Numbered from the stretch's first letter, positions 10,035 through 20,317 are shown. The stretch is DNA of 64,000 nucleotides from an uncultured Bacteroidia bacterium (GCA_947252645.1 CAMXWF010000014.1:5795-69794); one strand, 5' to 3'. Made by a program: numbers and translations. Notes: generated from the sequence alone by a model not told the origin.

Positions 10035-11909
10035 TTATTCCTCTTCAGGTAGAACGACCTGGGCGTGCCCCTCATCGTCGAGCAGGTAGAAGTGCAGTAC
10101 GCCCCCTGCTAGAATGGGCGTGCAGAGTGCATAGCAACGTTTGGCGATGGCCACAATGAATGGCATCAAGTCCTCCCCCGGCAGTTCCCTCCAGAGCTGA
10201 CGGGCGGTGTTGAGGTGCTCAATGGTGTTGGCGGCCTCCGCAGAGCAGCCGGCCTCCCTGACCACCTGCTGGAGAAACTCCTTATCCATCGTGACAACTT
10301 GGCTGTGCGTGTTCAGGTGCCCTGCAGCCAGCTTCACCGCTTTGCCCAGCATGATCCCTAGGCTCACGTGCGCAAAATGTAGCCTATTGGCCTCGGCCAG
10401 CGTCTCCCCAATGAAATTGCCATACTGCACGAAGGCCACTGCGGGGAAAGAGGGGTAGAGGGCCTTGAGGAAGGCGAGGCTCTTGGCCCCTGAGTTGAGG
10501 ACAAGCCAGTCGGGGTGCACGCGGGCGGCCACGGCGATCTCCCGACGGATGGACTCCAGGTAGGCCTCCGTGGAGTAGGGCTTGACTATCCCGCTGGTCC
10601 CGATGATCGATATCCCCCCCACGATCCCCAGCTTGGGGTTGAAGGTCTTGCTGGCCAGCGCAGCCCCATCGGGCACCGAGATCGTGATATCTACCCCCTG
10701 GGGCTCTTCTGAATACTGCGCTAGGAGGGCCTCCACGCTTTGGGTCATCATCGCCCGGGGCGTCGCGTTGATGGCTGGGCCACCGAGTGCTAGCCCCAGC
10801 CCCGGGAGCGTCACCGTGCCGACTCCCTCCCCCGGGAGGAAACGCACCCCCTGACCGTCATCGCGGAGGCCCACCGTGGAGCAAAAGAGGTGGCCATCGG
10901 TCACGTCGGGGTCGTCACCCGCAAATTTCCTCACGCAGGCTCTAGCCTCCCGTGTGCTGATGGCCTCTGCACTCTCCACGGGGATGGCGATAGGCTCCCC
11001 GCTGGGCAGTGTCACCATGACCTCAGCTCCCACAGGTTGGCCTAGTACTGCCCTCATGGCCGCTATTGTGGCCGCCGTTGCGCAGGTGCCTGAGGTGTAG
11101 CCTATGCGCTGCGGGAAGTAGCCAGGTAGGTATATGTCGAGCGCATGGCGTAGCCCCCAGGGACCGTAGACCGTGACGGTGGGCGCGTAGGGTAGCGGGG
11201 GGCAGCGCCAGGCAATGGTGGGGATGCCGAGCTGGTGGGCTACCGACACCTTTTGCGCAAAGCCCCCTGTTGCCCCGCTCTCCTTCACGATGATAGCCCC
11301 AGGCTGGAGGGCGGCCAGTAGCGCAAGGTTATCCTGTCCATCCTGGTAGAGGATGACTTGCCCCTTGGGAAAGCCCATGGCCTCCACGGTAGCCCACGAG
11401 GCCGTGCGGTCCATGATGCGCACCCACAGCTTGTGGCTACGCCAGTAGGGCTCTAGGGGCTCTATGCTTTTTACGCCGGCCAGCGAGAGGGCTGAGGCTA
11501 TCCCAAGCCTCTCGAGCAGCGCGGGCACCTGCTCCAGACTCTCCACCCAGCGCACGGGGTAGGGTAGTGCCTCCCGTGGGCGCTCCAGACGTATGGTGAG
11601 CAGCCCAAGCTCCTGCCTCACTTGGCCAATGACCGCATGCACTCCTATGGCAAATGGGTGCGCGGCATCAATGATGGCCCCTACACCCTCGGCGCGGCAT
11701 AGTGCCGCCAAGGCCTCGCCATCCAGTGCGCCCGCAAGTAGCTTGGCGTGGGCAGACTGAATGACCTGGTCGCCCTCCTTGGTGGAGTAGAGGAAAGGGC
11801 GCTCTGCCCCATCGCATACCCGGGCTGCAAGGCGACCCTCCGTGGTGCCACCCATGATCAGTACTCCCGGCTGGGGCGCTGCGCCTGCTTGTGCCCTAGG
11901 CTCTGCCAT
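10035..11909 (-). CDS. cbiJ/cbiD: Fusion protein: precorrin-6A/cobalt-precorrin-6A reductase (CbiJ) + cobalt-precorrin-5B C1-methyltransferase (CbiD)
   Basis: The N-terminal ~250 aa, 'VLIMGGTTEGRLAA...', are CbiJ/CobK-like. The C-terminal part has the CbiD signature 'GYTSGTCATAA'. Confidence 0.85.
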   Translation of the reverse strand: MAEPRAQAGAAPQPGVLIMGGTTEGRLAARVCDGAERPFLYSTKEGDQVIQSAHAKLLAGALDGEALAALCRAEGVGAIIDAAHPFAIGVHAVIGQVRQELGLLTIRLERPREALPYPVRWVESLEQVPALLERLGIASALSLAGVKSIEPLEPYWRSHKLWVRIMDRTASWATVEAMGFPKGQVILYQDGQDNLALLAALQPGAIIVKESGATGGFAQKVSVAHQLGIPTIAWRCPPLPYAPTVTVYGPWGLRHALDIYLPGYFPQRIGYTSGTCATAATIAAMRAVLGQPVGAEVMVTLPSGEPIAIPVESAEAISTREARACVRKFAGDDPDVTDGHLFCSTVGLRDDGQGVRFLPGEGVGTVTLPGLGLALGGPAINATPRAMMTQSVEALLAQYSEEPQGVDITISVPDGAALASKTFNPKLGIVGGISIIGTSGIVKPYSTEAYLESIRREIAVAARVHPDWLVLNSGAKSLAFLKALYPSFPAVAFVQYGNFIGETLAEANRLHFAHVSLGIMLGKAVKLAAGHLNTHSQVVTMDKEFLQQVVREAGCSAEAANTIEHLNTARQLWRELPGEDLMPFIVAIAKRCYALCTPILAGGVLHFYLLDDEGHAQVVLPEEE

Positions 11910-12915
11910 CGAGTAGATCCAACAGGCCTTCTATGTTCTCCACCTCACGACTGATACCCAGGGGCGACGTGTAGCGTATAGGCCTCCCCTCCTCCACGTT
12001 GACCTTCTCCTGGCTCTCCCCAAGCGACACACCCGCTATGCCTTTACGGCGTAGGGCTTTGCGCACCATGGCGAGCCGTACTCCGCTGCCCTCCATACCT
12101 ATGGTACGCACTACCGGGTAGTCCACGCGGAAAAGCCCGCTGGAGGCATCAAACGCTATCCCCTTGCGGGTAAAAAAACGCTGCAAGTCACCCCGCAGGG
12201 CCAAGTCTTCCGGCGTGCCAATGTGGAGCTTGGCGTTGCTATCCATGAGCCAGATCTTGTCGGCTATCTGCAGGGCCAGCTCCAGGTCGTGCGTGATCAT
12301 GAAGATGGTCTTGTTGGTACTGCGCGACAATTCGTAGAGCAACCGCATCATCTCCACCTTGCTGGGAAAGTCGAGAAAGGCCGTGGGCTCGTCTAGAAGC
12401 ACAATGGGCGTGTCCTGGGCTAGTGCCTTGGCTATCATGCTTTTCTGGCGTTCGCCATCGCTGAGCGTATCGAGCATGCGCTGCGCCAAATGGACTATGC
12501 CCACCTGCTCCAGCGACTGGCGCACCATGGTCTGGTCGTGCTCGGTGAGCCGACCCCAGTAGCCCGTGTAGGGGCTACGACCCAGCGACACCAATTCCTC
12601 CGCGGTCATGTTGTGCAGCGCGGGACGCTCCGTGAGGACCACGGCAATGCAGCGGGCCAAGGCCCGCGCGCTGTATTCGGCCAGCTCCTTACCCAGAAGC
12701 AGCACACCGCCCCCAAGACGGGGCTGAGAACCCGTAAGCGTACGCAGAAGCGTAGATTTGCCTATCCCATTGGCACCCAGTAGGCATGTCAACTCCCCTG
12801 CGGCTACCTGCGCATTGATCCCCTCTGCCACCACCCGCCGGCCGCGGCCATGCTTGTAGCCGATGCTCAGCGATTGCAGTAAGATGGTAATTGCCCCTGT
12901 ACCCATGGATATCAC
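11896..12915 (-). CDS. ABC transporter ATP-binding protein, FepC/BtuD-like, with a ~80-aa C-terminal extension
   Basis: Walker A 'GANGIGKST', signature 'LSDGERQK', Walker B 'VLLDEP'. Follows FecCD-type permease and binding-protein genes. GTG start at 12915; ATG at 12906 is also possible. Confidence 0.85.
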   Translation of the reverse strand: MISMGTGAITILLQSLSIGYKHGRGRRVVAEGINAQVAAGELTCLLGANGIGKSTLLRTLTGSQPRLGGGVLLLGKELAEYSARALARCIAVVLTERPALHNMTAEELVSLGRSPYTGYWGRLTEHDQTMVRQSLEQVGIVHLAQRMLDTLSDGERQKSMIAKALAQDTPIVLLDEPTAFLDFPSKVEMMRLLYELSRSTNKTIFMITHDLELALQIADKIWLMDSNAKLHIGTPEDLALRGDLQRFFTRKGIAFDASSGLFRVDYPVVRTIGMEGSGVRLAMVRKALRRKGIAGVSLGESQEKVNVEEGRPIRYTSPLGISREVENIEGLLDLLDGRA

Positions 12916-14000
12916 GTCAGCTCGCTGCGGTGCCTGTCTAAGATCACCGAGATTACAATCGGGGCCCCGATGAGCGCCGTCACAGAATTGATCGGCAGTG
13001 CCCCCTCAAAGCCCGGCATGCGCGCTACCAGATTGCAACACAGCGATAGCAACCCGCCCACCAGCATCGTGGCCGGAAGGAGTACCTTATGGTTCGCCGT
13101 GCTGAAAAGCGTGCGGCAGAGATGGGGCACAGCCAGCCCAAGAAACACTATCGGGCCGCAGTACGCTGTCACCAGGGCCGTCAGCACGCACGAGCAGCCG
13201 ATGACCGCAAGCCGTGCCCGCTTGACGTTGAGCCCCAGGCTGCGCGCGTAGTTGTCGCCCAGCAGCATGATGTTCAGAGGCTTCATGAGAAGAAACGACA
13301 GCGGCAGCACGGCTGTGAGCAGCCCTACGAACACCCAGACCTGCTCCCCGCTTACCTTGGAAAAGCTCCCGAGGCCCCAGATGACGTAGGAGCGCACGTC
13401 CTCATCGTTGCTAAAAAACTTCAGCACGCCGATAATCGCCGTCGCAATGTACCCAATCATCACCCCCATGATGAGCAGCACCACGTTGCTCTTTACGCGC
13501 TGTGAGAGCACCAGGATGAGCGCCATGACTGCCATGGCTCCCACTATGGCACTCAGCGTTATGGCCATCTCGCCCACGAAGCCCATCCGACTCATGGCCC
13601 GACTACTGATCGACCCAGAAATCAGAATGACACTCGCCACCCCAAGACTCGCCCCAGAACTTATTCCAAGCTCCGAGGGCCCCGCCAAGGGATTACGGAA
13701 TATTGTCTGCATCAGTAGGCCACTGACCGATAGCCCCATCCCCGCGAATAGCGACACCAAGGTCTGCGGCAAACGAGACTTCCAGATGATATTGTACCAC
13801 ACCTCGTTGGTCGACTCCAGGGATCCCGTCAGGCTCGCCCACACCGCTTCAAGGGGAATGGAAATAGTCCCAAGGGTCAAGTTGAGCCCAAAGCTCAACA
13901 GCAACAAGGCCACGGCGAGCAGGAAGATGCCTCCAGCCCGACGGGCCCCACGGCTCTTTTCGGCCACGCTAGGGAAGCAGTTGGTAGTAGACTGGATCAT
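12912..14000 (-). CDS. FecCD/BtuC-family ABC permease (corrinoid/iron-chelate type)
   Basis: 362-aa polytopic protein with the typical FecCD pattern; overlaps its neighbours. Confidence 0.85.
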   Translation of the reverse strand: MIQSTTNCFPSVAEKSRGARRAGGIFLLAVALLLLSFGLNLTLGTISIPLEAVWASLTGSLESTNEVWYNIIWKSRLPQTLVSLFAGMGLSVSGLLMQTIFRNPLAGPSELGISSGASLGVASVILISGSISSRAMSRMGFVGEMAITLSAIVGAMAVMALILVLSQRVKSNVVLLIMGVMIGYIATAIIGVLKFFSNDEDVRSYVIWGLGSFSKVSGEQVWVFVGLLTAVLPLSFLLMKPLNIMLLGDNYARSLGLNVKRARLAVIGCSCVLTALVTAYCGPIVFLGLAVPHLCRTLFSTANHKVLLPATMLVGGLLSLCCNLVARMPGFEGALPINSVTALIGAPIVISVILDRHRSELT

Positions 14001-15108
14001 GTTCGGGCAGCAGCTCTGGGTGGAGTGCCTTTATCAGGTCCGCCAGCACCACGTCGGGCTCGGTCGGTGCAAACTCGTAGAACGGACGTTGCTTGAGATT
14101 GCAATAGATCACCCGGCGCGATTTGAAGGCCTGGAAATCCCGATACCGCGCATCGGTCGCCCCAAGCACTTGGTAGCTATACTCCCCATCGTAGCTGTTG
14201 AGGATGCGCCAGTAGTCCACCTGGGCCCCAAGGGCATAGACCGACTCAAAGTCCATGTAATAGCCCCCAGTGCTGTCATTGTGGATGAAGTAGTCGCCCC
14301 CCGCATCGCGAATCTGGTTGGCTAGGAAGTTCTTTCCCCCCACCACGTACCAGTTGCCCCCGTGCAGCTCCCCGCTCATCACCGTGGGGCGGCTCTCTGC
14401 CTGCTTGGCTAGCGACACCAAGTCCGCGTAGCGTCTGGCGATGGAATCGAATAGGGCGCAAGCCTGAACCTCCTGCCCAAGCAGCAGCCCAATGAACTTC
14501 ACCCACTCCGCCTGGCCTAGCGGACTGCTCTCCTTATAGCCCAGATAGGTCACCAACGGTATGCCTAAATGCTTGAGCGACTCATAGCCGCCCCTCTTAA
14601 ATGGTGACACAAGGATTAAATCCGGCTTAAGGGCCAAGATTTGCTCCGCGTCGAAGTTCCCCTCTATCCCAATCCTACGGGTACTCTTCTGCTCCAGCTG
14701 CGCCCGCATCTCAGGGCTGAATAGGAAGCGTGTGCTTGCCATCCCTACGATCCTATCCGTGGCCCCAAGCTTGAGAAAATTGGCCATCTGGAGTGTGGTC
14801 ATGCATACCACGCGCTCCACCGGTGTGCGGATTACCTGCACCCCCTCGGGTGCCTGGTAGCTGCTGTCACCACGGGGCACCAGCGCGTAGCGATAGGCCT
14901 TGCTGCGCGCATCCTGTGGGTCGCGGATGGTCACTAGCCTACACGCCCCGCTGTCCACCACCTCAAAACCCTTCGCATGGTCTATCGGAACGCTCGACCT
15001 ACCTCGTACGTCCCCCTCTTGGCCACTATTGTCGCGCGGGCCTCCACCGCACGATGACAATTGTAGGCCCACGGCCAGGAGTATGCATAATACCAATAAA
15101 TTGCGCAT
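13969..15108 (-). CDS. Lipoprotein-anchored periplasmic binding protein, BtuF/cluster-A type
   Basis: Signal peptide plus lipobox 'LQLSSC'; PBP type-2 layout 'VVCMTT...LKPDLILVSP'; sits next to the permease and ATPase genes. Confidence 0.75.
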   Translation of the reverse strand: MRNLLVLCILLAVGLQLSSCGGGPRDNSGQEGDVRGRSSVPIDHAKGFEVVDSGACRLVTIRDPQDARSKAYRYALVPRGDSSYQAPEGVQVIRTPVERVVCMTTLQMANFLKLGATDRIVGMASTRFLFSPEMRAQLEQKSTRRIGIEGNFDAEQILALKPDLILVSPFKRGGYESLKHLGIPLVTYLGYKESSPLGQAEWVKFIGLLLGQEVQACALFDSIARRYADLVSLAKQAESRPTVMSGELHGGNWYVVGGKNFLANQIRDAGGDYFIHNDSTGGYYMDFESVYALGAQVDYWRILNSYDGEYSYQVLGATDARYRDFQAFKSRRVIYCNLKQRPFYEFAPTEPDVVLADLIKALHPELLPEHDPVYYQLLP

Positions 15109-15110
15109 GG

Positions 15111-15815
15111 CTATTCACCTTTTGGCTTGATAATGAGCAATGAGAAGTAGGGCACCTGGCGGGCCAAAATTTCCGCTGGCGAGGTGAGCAATAGCTCTTC
15201 CCCGCGCACGCCAAGATTCTCCACGTAGTAGAAGTCGGACCTTGCCTGCTCCCGCGCAATGAGTGCCGGGAGTAGCTCGGCGTAGCGCGACAGCTTCATA
15301 AGAACCACCGTATCCCCATGCGCCAACTCGGCCGAGAGGGCCTCCACCCCCTCCACGTGGGCGTGTACCACTAGAGTCTCGTCGCCGCTCACCAGGGCAA
15401 CGCCACACCTAGCCGCTGCGGCCACGAACGAGGGAACGCCCGACACGTACTCCAGGGCTACGGTGCGCTTAGACAACTCCGAAGCTATGCGCTGCACCGT
15501 GGAGTATATTCCCGCATCGCCTACGGTCGTGATGGCCAGCTGTTGGCCCTGCGCGCAGTGTTGCGCCATTTCATCGGCCAGGGCGGAGTAGGCCTCATGG
15601 GCCTTGCAGCGATCGGTCTCCATCGGAATGTTCACCTCGCGCACCCTATCCAACGCTAGCCCCAGCTGCTCCAGGCAATCCTTAGCTCGCGACCGACCAT
15701 GCCCTGTCGTGGGCACGTAGATGATATCGGCCCCTTGCAGAGCCCGGAGGGCCCGCAGGGTTATCTCTTCGGGGCGGCCTGCCCCCAGCGACACGCACAA
15801 CGCTCGCTTCTCCAT
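15111..15815 (-). CDS. cbiL: Cobalt-factor II / precorrin-2 C20-methyltransferase
   Basis: 234-aa tetrapyrrole methylase fold ('LGAGRPEEITLRALRALQGADIIYVP'). Confidence 0.85.
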   Translation of the reverse strand: MEKRALCVSLGAGRPEEITLRALRALQGADIIYVPTTGHGRSRAKDCLEQLGLALDRVREVNIPMETDRCKAHEAYSALADEMAQHCAQGQQLAITTVGDAGIYSTVQRIASELSKRTVALEYVSGVPSFVAAAARCGVALVSGDETLVVHAHVEGVEALSAELAHGDTVVLMKLSRYAELLPALIAREQARSDFYYVENLGVRGEELLLTSPAEILARQVPYFSLLIIKPKGE

Positions 15816-15817
15816 GC

Positions 15818-17644
15818 CTATCGCTCCGCTTGCCTGAAAATATGGCTGAAGCCGCCATCGTAGAGCTTCGATGCGCCACGGCGATTGCCCACCGCCTCTC
15901 CCACTACCAGCAGGGTGGTGAGCGAACTGCCCTGCGCTTTCACCAGCGTAGCCAGATCTTCTAGATGCCCGCAGTCCACCCGCTCATCGGGCCAGGTGAG
16001 CCGATGGCACACGGCCACGGGCGTCTCGGGCGGGTAACCCTCCAGTAGCTGGGCTTGCACGGACTCGGCCATGCCCGCACTCAGAAATATGCACATGGTA
16101 CTCTGCGATTGCGCCAAGGCCGATAGGCGCTCCCGGGGCTGCGTCTTTGTGCGACCCGAGTCCCGCGTCAGCACTATGGTTTGCGTGCCGCCCGGGATGG
16201 TGAACTGTGACTTGAGTGCTGCGGCTGCCGCCTGGAACGATGACACCCCCGGCGTGATGTGGTACGACATCCCGTGCTGGTCGAAGAGGGCCATCTGCTC
16301 CCCTATCGCCCCGTAAATACTCGGGTCGCCAGTGTGGAGTCGCACAACGAGCTTCCCAGCATCGTAGTACTCTTTCATCAGGGCAAACTGCGCCTCTAGC
16401 GACATCCCCGCCGAACTTCGCACCACCGCACCAGGCTTCACATACCGCGCGTGCTCGCCCGACACCAAGCTCCCCGCGTATAGCAGCAAATCGGCCCGGG
16501 CAATGAACGCACGCCCGCGCAGCGTGATCAGGTCCACATCGCCAGGCCCCGCACCCACGATCTCCACGTGGCCGTGGCGCCCGCAACCAGCATCCTCGGC
16601 CAGCGCGTAGGTGTAGTCGCTCCCCTCGGTCTCTTTGCCCTTCTGCTTCTCTATCAAGAGCGATGAGGCGCCCGAAGCATGCAGCGCTGCGGCTTCCGCC
16701 ACGCTCGGCGTCGACACCGCCTTTGCCACACGCAGCGACGGGTTGGGCACAGGCTCCCCCTTCAGAGCCTCGGCGCTGAAGGCCCGCACGCGCACACCAA
16801 ACGAACGCCCCAAGGCCTGCAGCAACGGCTCCTCGGCCTTCACGTCGATGGTCGCTATGCCCCTAACGCTCAAGGGACTATAGCCTGCCGACTGAAGCCC
16901 CTTGGTAATGGCTTGGCTCACACCAGCCGGATCGGCCTCCCGACGGCAGCCCACACCAAGCCAAAGCATCGACGGATGGTAGTAGAGGGTGGGCAGACAC
17001 ACCGAATCGTATACCCGAGGGGTCACCGCTATGAGCAGCTTATAGCCACTTAGGTCCTTCCCCTTGAGCGAGTAGACTACCTCTACGTGGGCGGCCAGAC
17101 TGTTTTCCAGGGCATCTGTGCCCCGATCGCGCGCCTCCAGCAAAAGGAGCGTGGGCTGCCTATCCACGTAGAGTCCTATGATCGTATTGAGCGTGGCCCC
17201 CCTCGTCTCCTGCTGCCAACCATATTGCGCGGCCAGTAGATCCAAGCTCCACAGGCCCTGCCCATCGCTTTGCGTCGTGATGATTGGCTCAGCCCCCAAC
17301 ACGCCCGACACCCGCCTAGCTAAGGCATTCGCACCCCCAACATGCCCCGAGGCTACCGCTATGGCATAGCGACCCCCGCTATCCACGCATACCACCGCGG
17401 GGTCACGGTGCTTATCCTGTAACCACGGAAAAATAGTCCGCACGCAGATGCCCAGTGCGCCCACGAAGATTAACCCCTCGATACCCGCATAAAAGCTAGA
17501 CAACTCCTCAGAATTCCTAGGCAACATCGGATAGCCACCAGAGGCCTTGAGCGTATAGATTTGCGTTCCGGGAATCCCCGCAGCCACCTGCTCGGCGCAC
17601 TGTAGCCCCTGCGCCGACACTGACACCACCGCTATCTTCCCCAT
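15818..17644 (-). CDS. cbiG/cbiF: Fusion protein: cobalt-precorrin-5A hydrolase (CbiG) + cobalt-precorrin-4 C11-methyltransferase (CbiF)
   Basis: The N-terminal ~350 aa are CbiG-like. The C-terminal ~250 aa, 'VEIVGAGPGDVDLITLRGRAFIARADLLLYAGSLV', are a CbiF/CobM methylase. Confidence 0.85.
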   Translation of the reverse strand: MGKIAVVSVSAQGLQCAEQVAAGIPGTQIYTLKASGGYPMLPRNSEELSSFYAGIEGLIFVGALGICVRTIFPWLQDKHRDPAVVCVDSGGRYAIAVASGHVGGANALARRVSGVLGAEPIITTQSDGQGLWSLDLLAAQYGWQQETRGATLNTIIGLYVDRQPTLLLLEARDRGTDALENSLAAHVEVVYSLKGKDLSGYKLLIAVTPRVYDSVCLPTLYYHPSMLWLGVGCRREADPAGVSQAITKGLQSAGYSPLSVRGIATIDVKAEEPLLQALGRSFGVRVRAFSAEALKGEPVPNPSLRVAKAVSTPSVAEAAALHASGASSLLIEKQKGKETEGSDYTYALAEDAGCGRHGHVEIVGAGPGDVDLITLRGRAFIARADLLLYAGSLVSGEHARYVKPGAVVRSSAGMSLEAQFALMKEYYDAGKLVVRLHTGDPSIYGAIGEQMALFDQHGMSYHITPGVSSFQAAAAALKSQFTIPGGTQTIVLTRDSGRTKTQPRERLSALAQSQSTMCIFLSAGMAESVQAQLLEGYPPETPVAVCHRLTWPDERVDCGHLEDLATLVKAQGSSLTTLLVVGEAVGNRRGASKLYDGGFSHIFRQAER

Positions 17645-18834
17645 TTCACTGCTTTGAGTATCGTGATCGGATTGTAGCTATCGAGGGCTATGGTGTGGCT
17701 CGACTCCAGCTCCAAACCGTTATCTGCCACCGCCTGCGCAAACGCCCTACGGCTCTCCTCCTGCACAGCGTTGAACACCATGATGCCCCCCGCCTTCAGG
17801 CAACCCGCTATACGGGCCACCATCTCCGCCAGCTTGCCCCCATGCCCCCCGATGAACACCGCCTCAGGCTTCGGGTAGCTCCCCAGCTCGGCCTGCAGAA
17901 AATCGCCTATCACCACCGTGATCCCCGGCGCCCCATGCCGTGCGGCATTGCCCTCTATCAACCGACGGCCCTCCTCGCGACGCTCAAAGGCCACCACCTG
18001 TACGTGAGGATACTGCAAGCGGGCCTCTATCGACACCGACCCCGTGCAAAAACCTACATCCCATAGCACCCCGCGATTGTGCAGATCCAGCTGCGCCAAG
18101 GCCAGCAGGCGAAGCAATCGCTTGGTGAGCATCTTGGGGCGCCCATCGAGCAGTAGCAGCTCGCTGTCCTCTATGCCCGTGGGGCGCGGGCGCTCCGCTT
18201 GCCGACGCAGCACCACGCAGTGCGGGTACGCAAAAACTTCCGCGCTCACCTGGGAAAGACCATAGGTCCCCACCCGCTCAAGCGTTGGGTTTCCCAGACG
18301 TTCTCCTACGCTCATGGTGTAGTTGTCGTAGCCGTAGTGCAGCATGCGCTCGGCTATGGCCTGCGGCGTGTGTGTCTGCTTGTCGGTCAACACGCCTATC
18401 AGCGCGCTCCCCTCTATGAGCGCAGTATCGAGCGCATCCCAAGGGCGTCCTGTCAGCGATACCACGCGCATCCCCTGATAGGGCAATAGGAGCCTGTGGC
18501 ATAGGCTCTGTAGGCTGTGGAAAGCTGGGTACACCTCAAGGGGCACCCCAGGAAATTCCCGCTCGAGGGTACCCGCTATCCCGTTGAAGAGCGGATCGCC
18601 CGAAGCAAAAATCACCACCGCCTCCCCCTGCGACCTATACTGCGCAAAAAGGGCCGGCATGGGGGGCTCGATGCGAATCCACGTGGCCCCCTGCGGCACA
18701 CGCAACCGCATGATGGCCTCGTGGCGCGCCCCACCAGAAAACACCCGGTGACGGGCCACCAGGGCCTCCTGCTGCGCGCTCAGCTGCGGAGCGGGGCTAT
18801 CGTCTAGCCCTATGATGTAGAAAGAGAGTGCCAA
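17632..18834 (-). CDS. cbiE/cbiT: Fusion protein: cobalt-precorrin-7 C5-methyltransferase (CbiE) + cobalt-precorrin-6B C15-methyltransferase/decarboxylase (CbiT); CobL-like
   Basis: The N-terminal half is a tetrapyrrole methylase ('VIFASGDPLFNG'). The C-terminal half is a class I SAM-MTase ('VLWDVGFCTGSVSIEA'). TTG start. Confidence 0.85.
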   Translation of the reverse strand: MALSFYIIGLDDSPAPQLSAQQEALVARHRVFSGGARHEAIMRLRVPQGATWIRIEPPMPALFAQYRSQGEAVVIFASGDPLFNGIAGTLEREFPGVPLEVYPAFHSLQSLCHRLLLPYQGMRVVSLTGRPWDALDTALIEGSALIGVLTDKQTHTPQAIAERMLHYGYDNYTMSVGERLGNPTLERVGTYGLSQVSAEVFAYPHCVVLRRQAERPRPTGIEDSELLLLDGRPKMLTKRLLRLLALAQLDLHNRGVLWDVGFCTGSVSIEARLQYPHVQVVAFERREEGRRLIEGNAARHGAPGITVVIGDFLQAELGSYPKPEAVFIGGHGGKLAEMVARIAGCLKAGGIMVFNAVQEESRRAFAQAVADNGLELESSHTIALDSYNPITILKAVKWGR

Positions 18835-18870
18835 TTTCGTCTGTTCGTATCTATGCGCATCGAGCGCCCG

Positions 18871-20289
18871 CTAGACATCCCGCCCAGGCAGCAGGGCCTG
18901 CGCATCGTCGAAGGTCAAAATGGCGTTCACCAGCGTAGCTGCCAGCGGACTGCCTCCCTTACGGCCCTCTATGATGAGCTTCGGCACCTGGGTGAAGGGC
19001 TTGAGCATCTGTTTTGACTCCTCCACGTGTACAAAACCCACGGGGGCGGCCACCACCCCCACCGGGGTAGCCTTTCCCGCATAGATGAGCCGGCAAAGCT
19101 CCATGAGCGCCGTCGGGGCATTGCCGATGGCAAAGAGGGCGTTGGGGTGCTCCTCCACGGCCAAGCGGATCCCCGCCTGCGCCCTCGTGATCTTCTCTCG
19201 CTCGGCCACCTCGGGGGTCCGGGCATCGTGCAGGTAGCATTTGGCTTCCAGGCCCAGACGGGTCAGCGCCCCCTGGCGTATGCCCGAGGACACCATGGTC
19301 ACGTCTGTGATGATGGTGTCGAAGCGGTGCGACACCGCCTGCTCATAGAGCGTCTCCACCGCCCCCTCATCGACTCGCAACAGCCGCTCCATCTCAAAAT
19401 CGGCCGTGGCGTGGATGGTGTGCAGCAGTGGCCAAAGGCGTCCCAGCGGGATGTCGGGGCGGCGCAGCTCCCGCAGGATGGTGGTAAAGCTCTCTATCAT
19501 GATGCTCTGCCCCACCTTATGCGCTGGCGTACCGTCCATCGCCCCACGCTGGGTGTAGCCGCGTGGGGTAATGAACACCTCCCCCGACGTGTAGCTCTGG
19601 CTATTACCTATAATCACCACCGTAAACATATCGGTCTCTTCGGGCTTCAGCCCCTCCAGGGTGGTCAGCTGTACGCGTTGCTCCGGCCTGCCCGCATTCC
19701 GCACCACGCCCACCGGCGTTGCGCCCGCACGAGTCTCCAGGAAGAGTTCGCGAAGCCTGTCAAGCTGCCAGTAGCGCGACTGGCTGTGGGGGTTGTAGAC
19801 CGCTGTAACGAAATCTGCCTGCGCGGCCGCCACTATCCGACGCTCTATCGTGGTCCAAGGGGTCATCAAGTCTGAGAGCGAAATCACGCAGAAATCATGG
19901 CCCATGGGGGCCCCAAGGAGCGAGGCGGCCTTTTGAAACGCTGAGAGCCCTGGAATGCTCTGCACCTCCACGTTCACCCCCTGCGCTGCCCTAAGCTCGT
20001 AGATCAGCGAGGCCATCCCGTAGATCCCGGCATCGCCCGAGCTGATCACGCACACCCGCCTGCCGTCCCGTGCGCACTCCAGGGCTTGCTGGGCGCGCTT
20101 CTGCTCCCCCCGCATCCCTGTAGCTATGCACTCGGCACCTGGGCCTAGCAGGGGCTCCACGTACGGCATGTAGCCCTTGTAGCCCACCACCACCTCGGCG
20201 TGCGAAAGGGCCTCCCGGGCCGCAAACGTCATGTCCTCTGGGGAACCAGGGCCTATGCCCACTATCTCAATCAGTCCGCTTCGCTCCAT
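18871..20289 (-). CDS. cbiH/cbiC: Fusion protein: cobalt-factor III/precorrin-3B C17-methyltransferase (CbiH) + cobalt-precorrin-8 methylmutase (CbiC)
   Basis: N-terminus 'IEIVGIGPGSPEDMTFAAREAL...VVVGYKGY' is CbiH-like. The C-terminus with 'HPNALFAIGNAPTAL' is CbiC-like. Confidence 0.85.
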   Translation of the reverse strand: MERSGLIEIVGIGPGSPEDMTFAAREALSHAEVVVGYKGYMPYVEPLLGPGAECIATGMRGEQKRAQQALECARDGRRVCVISSGDAGIYGMASLIYELRAAQGVNVEVQSIPGLSAFQKAASLLGAPMGHDFCVISLSDLMTPWTTIERRIVAAAQADFVTAVYNPHSQSRYWQLDRLRELFLETRAGATPVGVVRNAGRPEQRVQLTTLEGLKPEETDMFTVVIIGNSQSYTSGEVFITPRGYTQRGAMDGTPAHKVGQSIMIESFTTILRELRRPDIPLGRLWPLLHTIHATADFEMERLLRVDEGAVETLYEQAVSHRFDTIITDVTMVSSGIRQGALTRLGLEAKCYLHDARTPEVAEREKITRAQAGIRLAVEEHPNALFAIGNAPTALMELCRLIYAGKATPVGVVAAPVGFVHVEESKQMLKPFTQVPKLIIEGRKGGSPLAATLVNAILTFDDAQALLPGRDV

Positions 20290-20317
20290 GTTGTCTTCTT
20301 GTACCCTTCCTAAGTCC

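Noticed and set aside
13408-14325. 305-aa plus-strand ORF antisense to the ABC permease and binding-protein genes
   Set aside because: It has the same shadow-ORF character, and it spans a gene boundary on the other strand.
19027-19875. 282-aa plus-strand ORF antisense to cbiH-C
   Set aside because: It is a shadow ORF, His/Arg/Gly-rich with no motifs.
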